A stretch of DNA of 64,000 nt, taken from assembly GCA_029556475.1 (NCBI GenBank), contig JAKQEP010000126.1, forward strand, positions 2,655-66,654. Reading direction: 5' to 3'. The translations under genes were made by a program, and so were the position numbers. The notes beneath the pieces were generated by a model that was given only the letters and a program-made list of their open reading frames with translations, did no database searches and was not told where the DNA came from. Positions 39,090 to 49,163 of this stretch are shown here, piece after piece. The stretch comes from Candidatus Atribacteria bacterium (GTDB taxonomy: Bacteria; Atribacterota; Phoenicimicrobiia; Phoenicimicrobiales; Stramentimicrobiaceae). Within the stretch, counting starts at the first letter, position 1. Every line of letters begins with the position of its first letter.

Positions 39090-40532
39090 TCAATAAGCTC
39101 TGCCAAAATAAACCAGAGAGGAAGACTCTTCACCACAGAAAATACATTTCCCCTTTTCCTTATGCTCTTCAAGTGGAATACAGCGAATAGTTGCTTTGCT
39201 GTCTTTTTTAATCTGGTCTTCACATTTTTCATTACCACACCAAAAAGCTTTTATAAACCCGCGTTTTTCTTCCATTATCTCTTTAAAACTTTCATAATTG
39301 TCGGTAAACCTGATATTTTCTTCCAATCGTGACCTGGCTTGAAGAAATAAGTTGTTTTGAATATCAGCCATCCACTTTTCCAGAGTTGATTCAACTTCTT
39401 TCTCAGATATTATTACTTTATTCCCTTTATCTCTTCTGACTGCAACCACCTGATTCTGAGCAAGATCACGGGGTCCAATTTCCAATCGAACCGGAACTCC
39501 CTTCATTTCCCACTCGTTGAACTTCCACCCCGGAGTATAACTATCCCGGTCATCGAGCTCCACCTTGAACTTTTTTTCCAGTAAGGATTTGTATTCTCTG
39601 GCTTTCTCCATTACTTCTTGTTTTGAGGTATCAAAAAAGATAGGAACAATAACCATTTGCACTGAAGCAACTTTAGGAGGTAATTTTAATCCCCTTTCAT
39701 CACCATGAACCATAATTATTCCGCCAACCAGTCTGGTGGAAGTTCCCCAGGAGGTAGTCCAGGCAAACTGTTCCTGCTGGTTCTCATCCAGAAAACGAAT
39801 ATCAAAAGCTTTGGCAAAATTCTGACCAAGATTATGAGAGGTACCCGCCTGTAAAATTTTACCATCACCCATTAAGGCTTCCAAGGTATAGGTATGCATC
39901 GCACCGGCAAATTTTTCATTATTACTTTTTCTCCCGATGATTACCGGTATAGCGAGGTCCTGTTCTATATAATCTTTATAAACCGTTAATATTTTTAAGG
40001 TCTCCTCCTCTGCCTCTTCCTGATTCTTATGGGCAGTATGGCCTTCCTGCCATAAGAATTCAGTGGTTCTTAAAAAGGGGCGTGTTACTTTTTCCCAGCG
40101 TACAATATTTGCCCACTGGTTAATTAAAACAGGCAAATCACGCCAGGAGCGAATCCATTTAGAATAGAGACTGCCGATAATAGCTTCTGAAGTGGGCCTT
40201 ACCGCCAGCCTTTCTTCCAACTTTTGATTTCCCCCATGGGTTACCCAGGCTACTTCAGGGGCAAATCCTTCTACATGTTCAGCCTCTTTTTTTAATAGAC
40301 TCTCTGGTATGAAGAGGGGGAAATAAGCATTCTTATGGCCGGTTGCCTTGATTCTTCGGTCCAGACATTGCTGCATATTTTCCCACAAGGCATATCCGTA
40401 AGGTTTGATAACCATACATCCTTTTACCGGGGTATAGTCTGCTAAATCTGCTTTTTTTACCACATCGATATACCACTGTGAAAAAGCTTCTTCTTTTGAT
40501 GCGATTTCCTTTACAAATTTTGTTTCATCCAT
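39090..40532 (-). CDS. proS: Prolyl-tRNA synthetase, archaeal/eukaryotic-type (class IIa, with C-terminal zinc-binding domain)
   Basis: Class II motifs, anticodon-binding domain, and the C-terminal CxxC...CxxC ending ...SLVYFGRAY typical of archaeal-type ProRS. Confidence 0.9.
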   Translation of the reverse strand: MDETKFVKEIASKEEAFSQWYIDVVKKADLADYTPVKGCMVIKPYGYALWENMQQCLDRRIKATGHKNAYFPLFIPESLLKKEAEHVEGFAPEVAWVTHGGNQKLEERLAVRPTSEAIIGSLYSKWIRSWRDLPVLINQWANIVRWEKVTRPFLRTTEFLWQEGHTAHKNQEEAEEETLKILTVYKDYIEQDLAIPVIIGRKSNNEKFAGAMHTYTLEALMGDGKILQAGTSHNLGQNFAKAFDIRFLDENQQEQFAWTTSWGTSTRLVGGIIMVHGDERGLKLPPKVASVQMVIVPIFFDTSKQEVMEKAREYKSLLEKKFKVELDDRDSYTPGWKFNEWEMKGVPVRLEIGPRDLAQNQVVAVRRDKGNKVIISEKEVESTLEKWMADIQNNLFLQARSRLEENIRFTDNYESFKEIMEEKRGFIKAFWCGNEKCEDQIKKDSKATIRCIPLEEHKEKGKCIFCGEESSSLVYFGRAY

Positions 40533-40754
40533 AATTACACTCCTCAGTAAATATTAGCTATAGTATTTGGTATTGTACAAGTATTTAGCATATAGTATTT
40601 AGTATTTGGGTTTTATTATAATTTTTTATTTAGATATTCTTATATATTTATATATACTCTTTAAATGATGATATTATATTTAGATTAAGTATTCTTTAAT
40701 GAGAAAATTATTAGTTTTGGCTCCCAGCAATCTCAGTTTATCATTAAGAGAGTT

Positions 40755-40800
40755 TACTATGTCTTGATATTTATGAACTATAAACTATAAGCTATAAACC
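40755..40800 (+). repeat. Short copy of the dispersed repeat word set (atgaactataaactataagctataaaccataaacc)
   Basis: Shares aaaactatgaactataaacc-type words with 2277..2296 and 2521..2540. Confidence 0.4.
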
Positions 40801-40968
40801 ATAAACCAGTATATCTCTCTTTTATTCTTCTATATAGTATTCCATTATACCCTAAAGATAAATAGTAATTAGTAATGGGAATAGGTAATTGAATTACAAA
40901 AATTCTAACACATTAGACTGAAATTGTCTAAAGAAGATGGCTTATTTATAACTCAAAAGGAGGAAAGT

Positions 40969-40997
40969 TTGCACTGCTTTTGTTAATACTTTATAAT
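40969..40997 (+). promoter_or_regulatory. Sigma70-type promoter TTGCAC-N17-TATAAT positioned for a leaderless transcript of the downstream patatin gene
   Basis: -35 at 40969..40974, -10 at 40992..40997, ATG at 41005 only 7 nt after the -10. The AGGAGG at 40959 is too far (about 40 nt) to serve as its RBS. Confidence 0.35.
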
Positions 40998-41004
40998 ATT
41001 TGAT

Positions 41005-41961
41005 ATGAACAGAAATATAAGAAATAGATTGTTTATTATTTTTTCTTTAATAATTGTTTTTTGTGCTTCCTCAATTGTTTTTTCTTCTGCTCAGTATGAG
41101 CCCAAAATTGGTCTGGCTTTGGGAGGCGGTTCAGCTCGTGGCTTTGCTCACATCGGTGTATTAAAGGTATTGGAGAGAGAGGGTATTAAAATTGATTATC
41201 TGGCTGGAACCAGTATTGGAAGTCTGGTTGGGGCTCTCTATGCTCTCGGTTTTGAGGCAAAAGATATAGAGAAGTATCTTTTAGAAGAAAATTTTACTAA
41301 ATATATATCTTTTAAAAATGTTACCTTCGAATTAGAGGAGTATCAGAATAAAAAAATACTGGGATTATCTATAAACCTTCCCAAAATGATTACCAACCCC
41401 GGTTGGCCTAGAGGATTAATCTCAACTGTTGCAGTAAGAGATAAGCTGGATCAGGTTTCCAATTGGGCACATTTTGAATATGACCTGAAGATACCCTTCA
41501 AAACGGTAGCTACAGATTTAATAACCGGAGAAAAAATTATAATGGACAGCGGCAAGGTCTCTAATGCTGTTGCAGCCTCCATTTCCATTCCCGGTATATT
41601 TTTTCCCTTTGAACACGGTGAAATGATCCTGGTTGATGGGGGTTTGAAGGACCCGGTCCCGGTTGATGTAGTAAGACAGATGGGCGCTGATATCGTTATA
41701 GCGGTCAGTTTACAGAATATTATCGGAGAAAAGAAAGGTCCCGATAATATTATCTCAATCGCCGAAAGAAGCATAGATATTATGATAAATGATTTAACTG
41801 ACATATCTTTAATTGGAGCTGATTTAATCCTTAAACCAAAATATCAGGGTGAAGTATCTTTTCTAATGGGGAAGAAAGAGAGAAGGGCCATTATAAAGCA
41901 GGGAGAGATTGAAGCAGAAAAGCATATTGGTATATTGAAAGAACTTATTGAAAATTTCTAA
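41005..41961 (+). CDS. Patatin-like phospholipase, secreted (RssA-like)
   Basis: Signal peptide; GGGSARG, GTSIGS (GxSxG), DGG motifs. Confidence 0.8.
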   Translation: MNRNIRNRLFIIFSLIIVFCASSIVFSSAQYEPKIGLALGGGSARGFAHIGVLKVLEREGIKIDYLAGTSIGSLVGALYALGFEAKDIEKYLLEENFTKYISFKNVTFELEEYQNKKILGLSINLPKMITNPGWPRGLISTVAVRDKLDQVSNWAHFEYDLKIPFKTVATDLITGEKIIMDSGKVSNAVAASISIPGIFFPFEHGEMILVDGGLKDPVPVDVVRQMGADIVIAVSLQNIIGEKKGPDNIISIAERSIDIMINDLTDISLIGADLILKPKYQGEVSFLMGKKERRAIIKQGEIEAEKHIGILKELIENF

Positions 41962-42337
41962 TATCCTATTTCTTCTCAACTTCTTTTCCTGGATAGATAT
42001 CTTCTGGATAAAAAATGTTTTTTTCTTTAGCATGATGTGTTATTATGTGATTAAAATAGATAAGATTTTAGAACCACCGGGAAGATAAGATAGGTCAAAA
42101 ATCCAGAGAAAGGTATAAGAGGTGCGATTACCTTGTTTGGCTTATTACCCAAGAGAATCCGGTTAAAAAACAGGCTTGTTTCCTTTAAAAAACTGTAATG
42201 AGTGGGAAAAATAAAATATTTATTTTTCCAATCAGGGTGGCACCACGGGATATTATCTCGCCCCTCTTTGATTAAATATTAAAAGAGGTTGCGAGATTTT
42301 TTATTTGTATTCATCTTATCTATTTAAAATAATTTGA

Positions 42338-43072
42338 ATGCTACAAAGCATTGGAGCATATTGCAGTATGGACCAATTATCAATAATCTGGCAGGGATTA
42401 CCATCTCTGTTATCAGGAACGTTGGTTACTCTCAATCTTACTTTCTATTTTCTGGCATTGGGTTTTATTCTGGGAATTATCCTGGCTTTAGGACGTGTTT
42501 ATGGCCCTTCTTACGTAAAAATATTAATAATATTGCCTTTTGAACGATTTTTCAGAGCAGTTCCCGAACTTGTTCTTCTATTCTTATTTTATTTTGGTTC
42601 TTCATTTTTCCATATCAATATAAGCGCTTTTATAGCTGCTGTACTGGCTATGGGATTTCGTTCTGCTGCTTATCAGGCACAAATATTTCGGGGAGCAATA
42701 CTATCCATTGGGGAAGACCAGATGAAAGCAGCTCGTTCACTGGGGATGAATACACTGCAGTCAATCAGGTTTGTCATATTGCCCCAGGCTTTAAGGCTTT
42801 CCATTCCATCCTGGGCGAATGAATATGCTGTTGTCTTAAAAGACAGCTCCTTAGCTTATGCGGTTGGGGTTACAGAGTTATTAAGACAGGGGAGATACAT
42901 TGTTGCCCGTACCTTTGGTAATGCCCTGCTGGTCTATACAGTCTGTGCTCTAATATATTTTATTCTGGTCTTTGCCGGTAATCAGGTTCTAAAACACCTG
43001 GAGGAAAAATATAAAATCCCTGGCTATGAATTTAAACAAAGAAGAGAACAATCAGTTTTGGAAAGGATTTAA
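42338..43072 (+). CDS. Polar amino acid ABC transporter permease (His/Glu/Gln/Arg/opine family)
   Basis: HisM/GlnP-type permease with EAA motif region (...[23 protein letters not shown]...). Confidence 0.8.
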   Translation: MLQSIGAYCSMDQLSIIWQGLPSLLSGTLVTLNLTFYFLALGFILGIILALGRVYGPSYVKILIILPFERFFRAVPELVLLFLFYFGSSFFHINISAFIAAVLAMGFRSAAYQAQIFRGAILSIGEDQMKAARSLGMNTLQSIRFVILPQALRLSIPSWANEYAVVLKDSSLAYAVGVTELLRQGRYIVARTFGNALLVYTVCALIYFILVFAGNQVLKHLEEKYKIPGYEFKQRREQSVLERI

Positions 43073-43074
43073 AA

Positions 43075-43833
43075 ATGCCTGAAGTTATACTAAAAGTTGA
43101 AAATTTATACAAAAGTTATGGTGAGTTAACCGTCTTAAACGGTATTTCTTTTCAGGTAAGACAGGGGGAAACTACTGTTATTATCGGAACTTCGGGAACC
43201 GGGAAAAGTACTTTACTCACCTGCATTAATCTAATTACCCCTCCTGACAAAGGCCGTATATGGTTAGAAGAGATTGAAATAACCGATCCCAAAACCGATA
43301 TTAATTTGGTTCGCTCCTCTATTGGTATGGTCTTTCAGCACTTCAATCTTTTTACTCACCTAACCGTTTTGGATAATGTCCGCCTGGGATTAACAGTGGT
43401 GAAAAAAATTCCTAAAGACAGAGCAACTGCTATCAGTATTGAAAAACTAAATCTGGTGGGGCTGGCAGACAAACTAAACTCCTATCCCGCTCAACTTTCA
43501 GGCGGTCAACAACAACGCGTTTCTATTGCCCGTGCCCTGGCAATGGACCCCAAATTAATCTTATTTGATGAACCGACCTCGGCACTTGATCCTGAATTAA
43601 TTGGAGAGGTTCTCAATGTCATGGTAAAGCTGGCTGAAAGTGGGATGACTATGGTGGTTGTTTCCCATGAAATGGGATTTGCCCGGGCAGTGGCTAATGA
43701 CATTATTTTTATGGAAAATGGTATCATTGTAGAAGAGGGTGACCCCGAAACGATGTTTCATCATTCCCGGAATCCCAGGACTCAGGAATTTTTGCACAAG
43801 ATTACTGAACTTTATGGAGGGAGACCCAAATGA
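43075..43833 (+). CDS. Polar amino acid ABC transporter ATP-binding protein (GlnQ-like)
   Basis: [35 protein letters not shown]. Confidence 0.9.
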   Translation: MPEVILKVENLYKSYGELTVLNGISFQVRQGETTVIIGTSGTGKSTLLTCINLITPPDKGRIWLEEIEITDPKTDINLVRSSIGMVFQHFNLFTHLTVLDNVRLGLTVVKKIPKDRATAISIEKLNLVGLADKLNSYPAQLSGGQQQRVSIARALAMDPKLILFDEPTSALDPELIGEVLNVMVKLAESGMTMVVVSHEMGFARAVANDIIFMENGIIVEEGDPETMFHHSRNPRTQEFLHKITELYGGRPK

Positions 43834-44486
43834 GTTTTCTGGAATTAACCTGGAATATCTTACCAAAATTATTAGAAGGCACTGCCATAACCATAGAGTT
43901 GACCTTAATCGCTATTACCATAGGTATCCTGATGGGAATCCCGGTTGCCCTGGGTCGGGTTTACGGCAATAAATCAATTTATACTATCTGCACTTTTTTT
44001 GTGGAAATTATTCGCGGTACCCCTTTGCTTACTCAGCTTTTTATCCTCTATTTCGGACTCCCCTCAATAGGTATCATGCTCTCTCCTTTTAAGGCAGCTT
44101 TGATTGGAATGGGAATAAATAGCGCTGCTTATCAGGCAGAATACTTCAGAGGGGCAATCCAGTCGGTAAAAGAAGAACAGTTAATCGCTGCCTATTCTTT
44201 GGGAATGAGACAAGGTCAGGCTATTCGCTACATTGTTTTACCACAGATGTTTCGCCTGGTAATCCCTTCCTGGTCAAATGAACTCATCTATTTATTAAAA
44301 TATTCTTCTATGGCTTATATGATTCAGGCACCAGAAATAATGTCTCAGGGAAGGTTAATTGCCTCACGCAATTTCAGAACTTTTGAAGTTTTTATCGTGG
44401 TTGCCTTAATCTATCTTGTTCTGGTTTTGGTGTTATCCAAACTGTTAGACCTGATGGAAAGAAGATTTAGTATTCCAGGCTTATAG
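43830..44486 (+). CDS. Polar amino acid ABC transporter permease (second permease)
   Basis: Paralog of 42338..43072 (...[23 protein letters not shown]...). Confidence 0.8.
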   Translation: MSFLELTWNILPKLLEGTAITIELTLIAITIGILMGIPVALGRVYGNKSIYTICTFFVEIIRGTPLLTQLFILYFGLPSIGIMLSPFKAALIGMGINSAAYQAEYFRGAIQSVKEEQLIAAYSLGMRQGQAIRYIVLPQMFRLVIPSWSNELIYLLKYSSMAYMIQAPEIMSQGRLIASRNFRTFEVFIVVALIYLVLVLVLSKLLDLMERRFSIPGL

Positions 44487-44583
44487 GCAAATTGGTAATG
44501 GGGGTGAAAAAAGAAGATTAAAGATACAGAATGTTGATTTATGGTATTAAATAAAAATTATTTCTTATGGAGGAGATAAAAAA

Positions 44584-45456
44584 ATGATTTTAAAAGCAAT
44601 TAAAAAAATACCCGGTGTACTGTTAGTTTTGACTTTTCTCTTAACTATCATTATCTTACCTTCCTGGGCTGCCCCTGAAAAGATCATAGTAGGCACCTCT
44701 GCTGACTGGCCACCCTTTGAATGGGTCGACTCTAACAACAACTTTGTAGGATTTGATATGGACCTCTTAAAAGTAATCGCAAAAAGCAATGGTTATGATG
44801 TGGAAATACTGGATATTGGTTTTGATTCTCTTATACCTGCCCTTCAATCCGGTAAAGTTGATTTACTGGCAGCCGGTATGACTTTAACAGAGGAAAGAGC
44901 TGCAGTAGCCGACGCTTCTAATACTTACTGGTCCGGAAATCAGGGAGTTTTGGTTCGAGAAGATTCAGAACTGAATATTGCAACTGCCCTGTCCGGAGGG
45001 AATTCTATTGGTGCCCAGAGAGGAACAACCCAGGCCGATTGGTTGGAAGACAACCTGGTCCAAAAAGGGGTAAATGTAAAATCTTTAGAATTATACGAAA
45101 CAAATGATCTGGGAATAATGGATCTGGTGAATAAGCGAATCGAGGTATTCGTTGCAGACACTCCTGCTGCAGAAGCTTTTGAGAAAACTAATCCCATTAA
45201 AATCGTGGGTACCATCAATACCGAAGAACAGTATGTTTTCTATGTTCAAAAAGGTGACCCCAAAGGAATATTGCCTATGGTTAATGAAGGGTTGACCAGG
45301 ATCCAGATGTCCTCCATCTGGAACAACCTGGTAAATGCCTATTTCATCGGAGATTTAACCAAAATTTCTGACTGCTATGCCAAATTCGGTTCACTTTTAG
45401 ATGAAGATGTAGAGGCTTTTGCCAAAAACCTGGCTCAGTGTATGATGTCCCAGTAA
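44584..45456 (+). CDS. Amino acid ABC transporter substrate-binding protein (SBP family 3)
   Basis: Signal peptide; ...GFDMDLLKVIAK...GKVDLLAAGMT... family-3 motifs. Confidence 0.8.
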   Translation: MILKAIKKIPGVLLVLTFLLTIIILPSWAAPEKIIVGTSADWPPFEWVDSNNNFVGFDMDLLKVIAKSNGYDVEILDIGFDSLIPALQSGKVDLLAAGMTLTEERAAVADASNTYWSGNQGVLVREDSELNIATALSGGNSIGAQRGTTQADWLEDNLVQKGVNVKSLELYETNDLGIMDLVNKRIEVFVADTPAAEAFEKTNPIKIVGTINTEEQYVFYVQKGDPKGILPMVNEGLTRIQMSSIWNNLVNAYFIGDLTKISDCYAKFGSLLDEDVEAFAKNLAQCMMSQ

Positions 45457-45498
45457 AAATAAGGAATTGACAGCATATAAGCAATGACAGTTAAATTA

Positions 45499-45550
45499 TA
45501 ATCACGCTCATTTGAGATTTGATGAAATTGTTTCAGATGAGCGTGGTTTA
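45499..45550. terminator. Bidirectional terminator hairpin (stem cacgctcat / atgagcgtg extended imperfectly, 25-nt loop) between the convergent SBP and AOR genes
   Basis: Stem arms at 45503..45511 and 45537..45545; A/T-rich flanks on both sides. Confidence 0.5.
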
Positions 45551-45606
45551 TTAATAAATATTTTAGCAATAATGGTATTTCATATAAATTACTATTGATT
45601 CAATCT

Positions 45607-47499
45607 TCAATCTTCAATTAACCATTCCAAATCTAATTCAATCAACTTTCCTCTTCCCGGTTTACCCTCTTTATCCCATCCCATTAATTCATAACGTAAT
45701 TTTTTTGCCTCTTCAAAATCTTCTCTCTTCAGTGCTCCACTGCCTTTGAGAGGTCCTTCTTTAAAATCAGTAAAAAATATTTCAGGCACTGTATCATCAT
45801 CTCTAGTGAAACCCTCTCTAATGTTGAATATTCTAGCCATATTAATAGTTCTCTCACCCAATTTCATCAATTCATACCAGGTAGTATTCCAACCAGTAGT
45901 TGCACGGATGATTGCTAACAATTCATCCATAGTACCCAAACTACGGGGAACATAACCAAAATCACATACACCTAAGATGTCAAATATAGACCAATAAATA
46001 TCCAGAATTTTATATAAGGCTACCTTGCGATAACTTAAATCTGTCACTGCTACTGGTTTTAAGATACCCAGGCCACTCATCTCCTTTAACCCAATAGACT
46101 CCTTTTCGGAAAAGAAGGCATCGTGCGGGGCTTTCATGTGGTCTGCTCCATAATCAGAAAAGGCATACTGCAGGGCAAGACCAGCCTTTACTCTAGGGTC
46201 ATGCATAGGAACCTCCTGCCCCTTTACTTCTTTCAGAAACCGGTCAGAACCCTTACCTACTCTTTTTGAAGCCAAACGTGAACCCTGTGCTAATAATTCA
46301 CCAAATCCTTCTCTCCTGGCAATCTTTTCAATTAAAACAAGTAAAGCCTTCTTGTTGCCAAAATATAATTCGAGACCATCTGTATCTTTTTTATTCAATA
46401 AACCCTGTTCATAGCATTCCATGGCAAAGGCAATGACGGCACCTGTCGAGATGGTATCTAAACCCCATTTATTGCACAACTCGTTGGCTTTAGCTACATA
46501 TTGCAAATCATCCACACCGCAAAGAGAGCCAAATGCAACCAGGGTTTCATACTCAGGCCCACCGTAAACCGGATTTACAGTAAACTCTTCCCCATTCACC
46601 TCTACTATCCTTTTACAACGAATGGGGCAGGCATAGCAACTTCCCTTTTTTTTCAAAATCGTTTTATTATACTCCTCTACAGTTAGATTTTCTCCACCCT
46701 TAAAATAACCCGTTGTCCAGTTAAAAGACGGAAGTGAACCTGCTTCATAAAAACCTCTTACTGTGGCTGGTGTCCCATACTCTCTTAAAGCTCTACTTAA
46801 AGGGTTTTCCATAACTCTCTGGGATATATCTTTGGCTATCCCCTTAACTTTATCTGAATCATATAAAGTGATAGGGATGTTGCCCTTAACCACAATTGCT
46901 CTCAGTTTTTTAGACCCCATCACAGCACCTAATCCATTTCTTCCGTTAAAATGAGTCAGTTCATTAACAATATTGGCATATAGTACCTTATTCTCTCCTG
47001 CTATACCGATTTGACATATTCTGACCTTTTCATCACTCAATTCTTCTTTTATTAAGCGGTCTACCTGATGGGTTTCTTTGCCCCAGAGATGTGCAGCATC
47101 TTTAAATTGCACATCCCCATCTTTAATCCACAGATAGCAGGGCTTTTTGGCAATACCCCGGATAACTATGGCATCAAAACCAGCTTTTTTAAGTTCCGGT
47201 CCCCAGTAACCACCTGCCTCAGATTCTCCCTGCGCTCCAGTTAAAGGGGATTTTGCACAGACTGTATATCTGGGTATTGATGGAGCTCCATTCCCTACGA
47301 TTACACTGGTAGAAAAGATTAGCAGATTATCTCCTGAAAATGGTTCTACTCCGGGTTTCATCTCCTTTAGCATATAGTAAAGTCCTAACCCTCTGCCTCC
47401 CCAGTAGGTGCGATAAAAAATCTCATCAGGCTGTTCAATAGAATAGCTCTCCTGGTCAAGGTCTACTCTTAATATTTTTCCGTTATAACCGAAAGGCAT
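45607..47499 (-). CDS. aor: Aldehyde:ferredoxin oxidoreductase (tungsten-containing AOR family)
   Basis: Full-length AOR-family similarity (N-terminal MPFGYNGKILRVDL..., pterin/Fe-S binding Cys ligands). Confidence 0.9.
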   Translation of the reverse strand: MPFGYNGKILRVDLDQESYSIEQPDEIFYRTYWGGRGLGLYYMLKEMKPGVEPFSGDNLLIFSTSVIVGNGAPSIPRYTVCAKSPLTGAQGESEAGGYWGPELKKAGFDAIVIRGIAKKPCYLWIKDGDVQFKDAAHLWGKETHQVDRLIKEELSDEKVRICQIGIAGENKVLYANIVNELTHFNGRNGLGAVMGSKKLRAIVVKGNIPITLYDSDKVKGIAKDISQRVMENPLSRALREYGTPATVRGFYEAGSLPSFNWTTGYFKGGENLTVEEYNKTILKKKGSCYACPIRCKRIVEVNGEEFTVNPVYGGPEYETLVAFGSLCGVDDLQYVAKANELCNKWGLDTISTGAVIAFAMECYEQGLLNKKDTDGLELYFGNKKALLVLIEKIARREGFGELLAQGSRLASKRVGKGSDRFLKEVKGQEVPMHDPRVKAGLALQYAFSDYGADHMKAPHDAFFSEKESIGLKEMSGLGILKPVAVTDLSYRKVALYKILDIYWSIFDILGVCDFGYVPRSLGTMDELLAIIRATTGWNTTWYELMKLGERTINMARIFNIREGFTRDDDTVPEIFFTDFKEGPLKGSGALKREDFEEAKKLRYELMGWDKEGKPGRGKLIELDLEWLIED

Positions 47500-47669
47500 A
47501 GAATTACTCCTTTCCCAGCAATATTTTTGTTAAGCTTATTTGCCTCTTCAATCCATATTGCTGTGCTATTTTCTAAAATTTTATTTGATATATACTGTCA
47601 CATTTAATAAGTTAATCTAATCAGCTATTTATTCTAACAAATTTTTGTTATAATGGATAGGTTAAAATT

Positions 47670-48845
47670 TTGGAAAGTAGTAATATCGTTATGCATGATA
47701 AAAAAGTAATTTTTACACCCTGTGAAACATACCTGGAGGATGATATAAATTCTGCGCTGGAAAAATTGTTTCAGGAGCTGGGTGGCTTAAACCATTTTGT
47801 ACAAACTGGGCAAAAGGTTTTGCTAAAAGTAAACCTATTGATGAAAAAACCTCCTGAGGCGGCTGTTACCACACATCCCGCTCTGGTGGAAGCTATTATC
47901 AATAAAATTCATGCCCTCGGAGCAAAGGTAATAATAGCCGACAGTCCAGGGGGACCTTTTACCAGAAGCTGGTTAAAAGGCATTTATCACGATACCGGTA
48001 TGGAAGAGGTAGCTGCCAGGACTGGTGCGCAACTAAACTGGAATTTTGAGCAGCAGGAATATCCCAACCCGGAAGGGAAAATTCTAAAACATATTACCCT
48101 TGCTAAGATCATCAAAGAAGTTGATGTGGTAATTTCAATGGCTAAGCTTAAAACCCATGGCTTCACTATCTATACCGGTGCAGTCAAGAATCTCTTCGGA
48201 ACCATTCCGGGCTTGTTAAAGGCTGAATACCACCTGAGAATGAGTGATGTCAGGGACTTCTGTGATATGCTGGTAGATGTTGCCCAATTCGTAAAACCAG
48301 AACTATCCATTATGGATGCAGTAATAGCTATGGAAGGAGCCGGGCCATCTGCCGGTGACCCGAAACAGGTCGGGTTGCTGGCTGCTTCCACCAACCCTCA
48401 TGCTCTTGATTTGGCCTGCTGCCACCTAATTGGTATTGAACCGAAACGCGTTTTTACTCTGCAGAAGGCTATCGATAGAGGTTTAATACCGATGGATATT
48501 AAAGGCCTGGAAATCAGGGGAATAGATATAAACAATTTTAAACCTATTCCCTTTAAAGTACCTATAACCTCTCGTGCCAGACATGTACCTATACCATTAC
48601 CGGCAAGACTGGATGCCTTCTTTTATAAAATATTGCGCCCCTACCCTTATTTTAATCATGAAAAATGCGTCGGTTGTGCTGTATGCGCCCGAGATTGCCC
48701 TGCTAAATGCATAAAAATGGTCAATGGCAAAGCACAGGCTGACCTTTCCAGCTGTATCAGATGTTTCTGCTGTCAGGAGTTATGTTCATATCAGGCGGTA
48801 GAGATAAAACGGGGAAAGTTATCAAGACTATTATTCCGTCAATAA
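47670..48845 (+). CDS. DUF362 domain protein fused to a C-terminal 2x[4Fe-4S] ferredoxin domain
   Basis: DUF362 core plus CVGCAVCARDCP and CIRCFCCQELC clusters. The start is uncertain (TTG at 47670 or ATG at 47691; no clear RBS). Confidence 0.65.
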   Translation: MESSNIVMHDKKVIFTPCETYLEDDINSALEKLFQELGGLNHFVQTGQKVLLKVNLLMKKPPEAAVTTHPALVEAIINKIHALGAKVIIADSPGGPFTRSWLKGIYHDTGMEEVAARTGAQLNWNFEQQEYPNPEGKILKHITLAKIIKEVDVVISMAKLKTHGFTIYTGAVKNLFGTIPGLLKAEYHLRMSDVRDFCDMLVDVAQFVKPELSIMDAVIAMEGAGPSAGDPKQVGLLAASTNPHALDLACCHLIGIEPKRVFTLQKAIDRGLIPMDIKGLEIRGIDINNFKPIPFKVPITSRARHVPIPLPARLDAFFYKILRPYPYFNHEKCVGCAVCARDCPAKCIKMVNGKAQADLSSCIRCFCCQELCSYQAVEIKRGKLSRLLFRQ

Positions 48846-49113
48846 ACTTATCTGACTCCATTATTTTAATTGCATCTTATAAATTTAAACTATTTATCTT
48901 GACTAATCTAGGTTTTGTATTTTTATTTTAAAAATTATCGCAACCACTATATTATCTTTAATCCTTTTCTGCCATTCATATTTATTGTCTTAACCTGATT
49001 AATGATAGTTCTACTGTTTCCAATACTGAATAGAGATGGGATCGTTAAAATAGTTTTTAATATTTTAAGCTATTTAAATAATTAAATTAATCTCTTGCTT
49101 TATTTTTTATTAA

Positions 49114-49138
49114 TGTTACAATTATTAAAAACGTAACA
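49114..49138 (+). promoter_or_regulatory. Palindromic candidate operator TGTTAC-N13-GTAACA immediately upstream of the ABC importer RBS
   Basis: Perfect 6-bp arms at 49114..49119 and 49133..49138, 25 nt upstream of the 49164 ATG. Confidence 0.3.
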
Positions 49139-49163
49139 CTAATTTAAATTAAAGGAGTAAATT

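Noticed and set aside
40533-41004. T-box leader upstream of proS
   Set aside because: No T-box consensus (AATTAGGGTGGTACCGCG on the minus strand) or specifier/antiterminator architecture is visible. The archaeal-type ProRS is probably not T-box regulated here.
48846-49163. Second cobalamin riboswitch upstream of the BtuFCD-like ABC genes
   Set aside because: Region is uniformly AT-rich with no GGTG/CCCGC/ACTGT core elements; only a short palindrome (reported separately).
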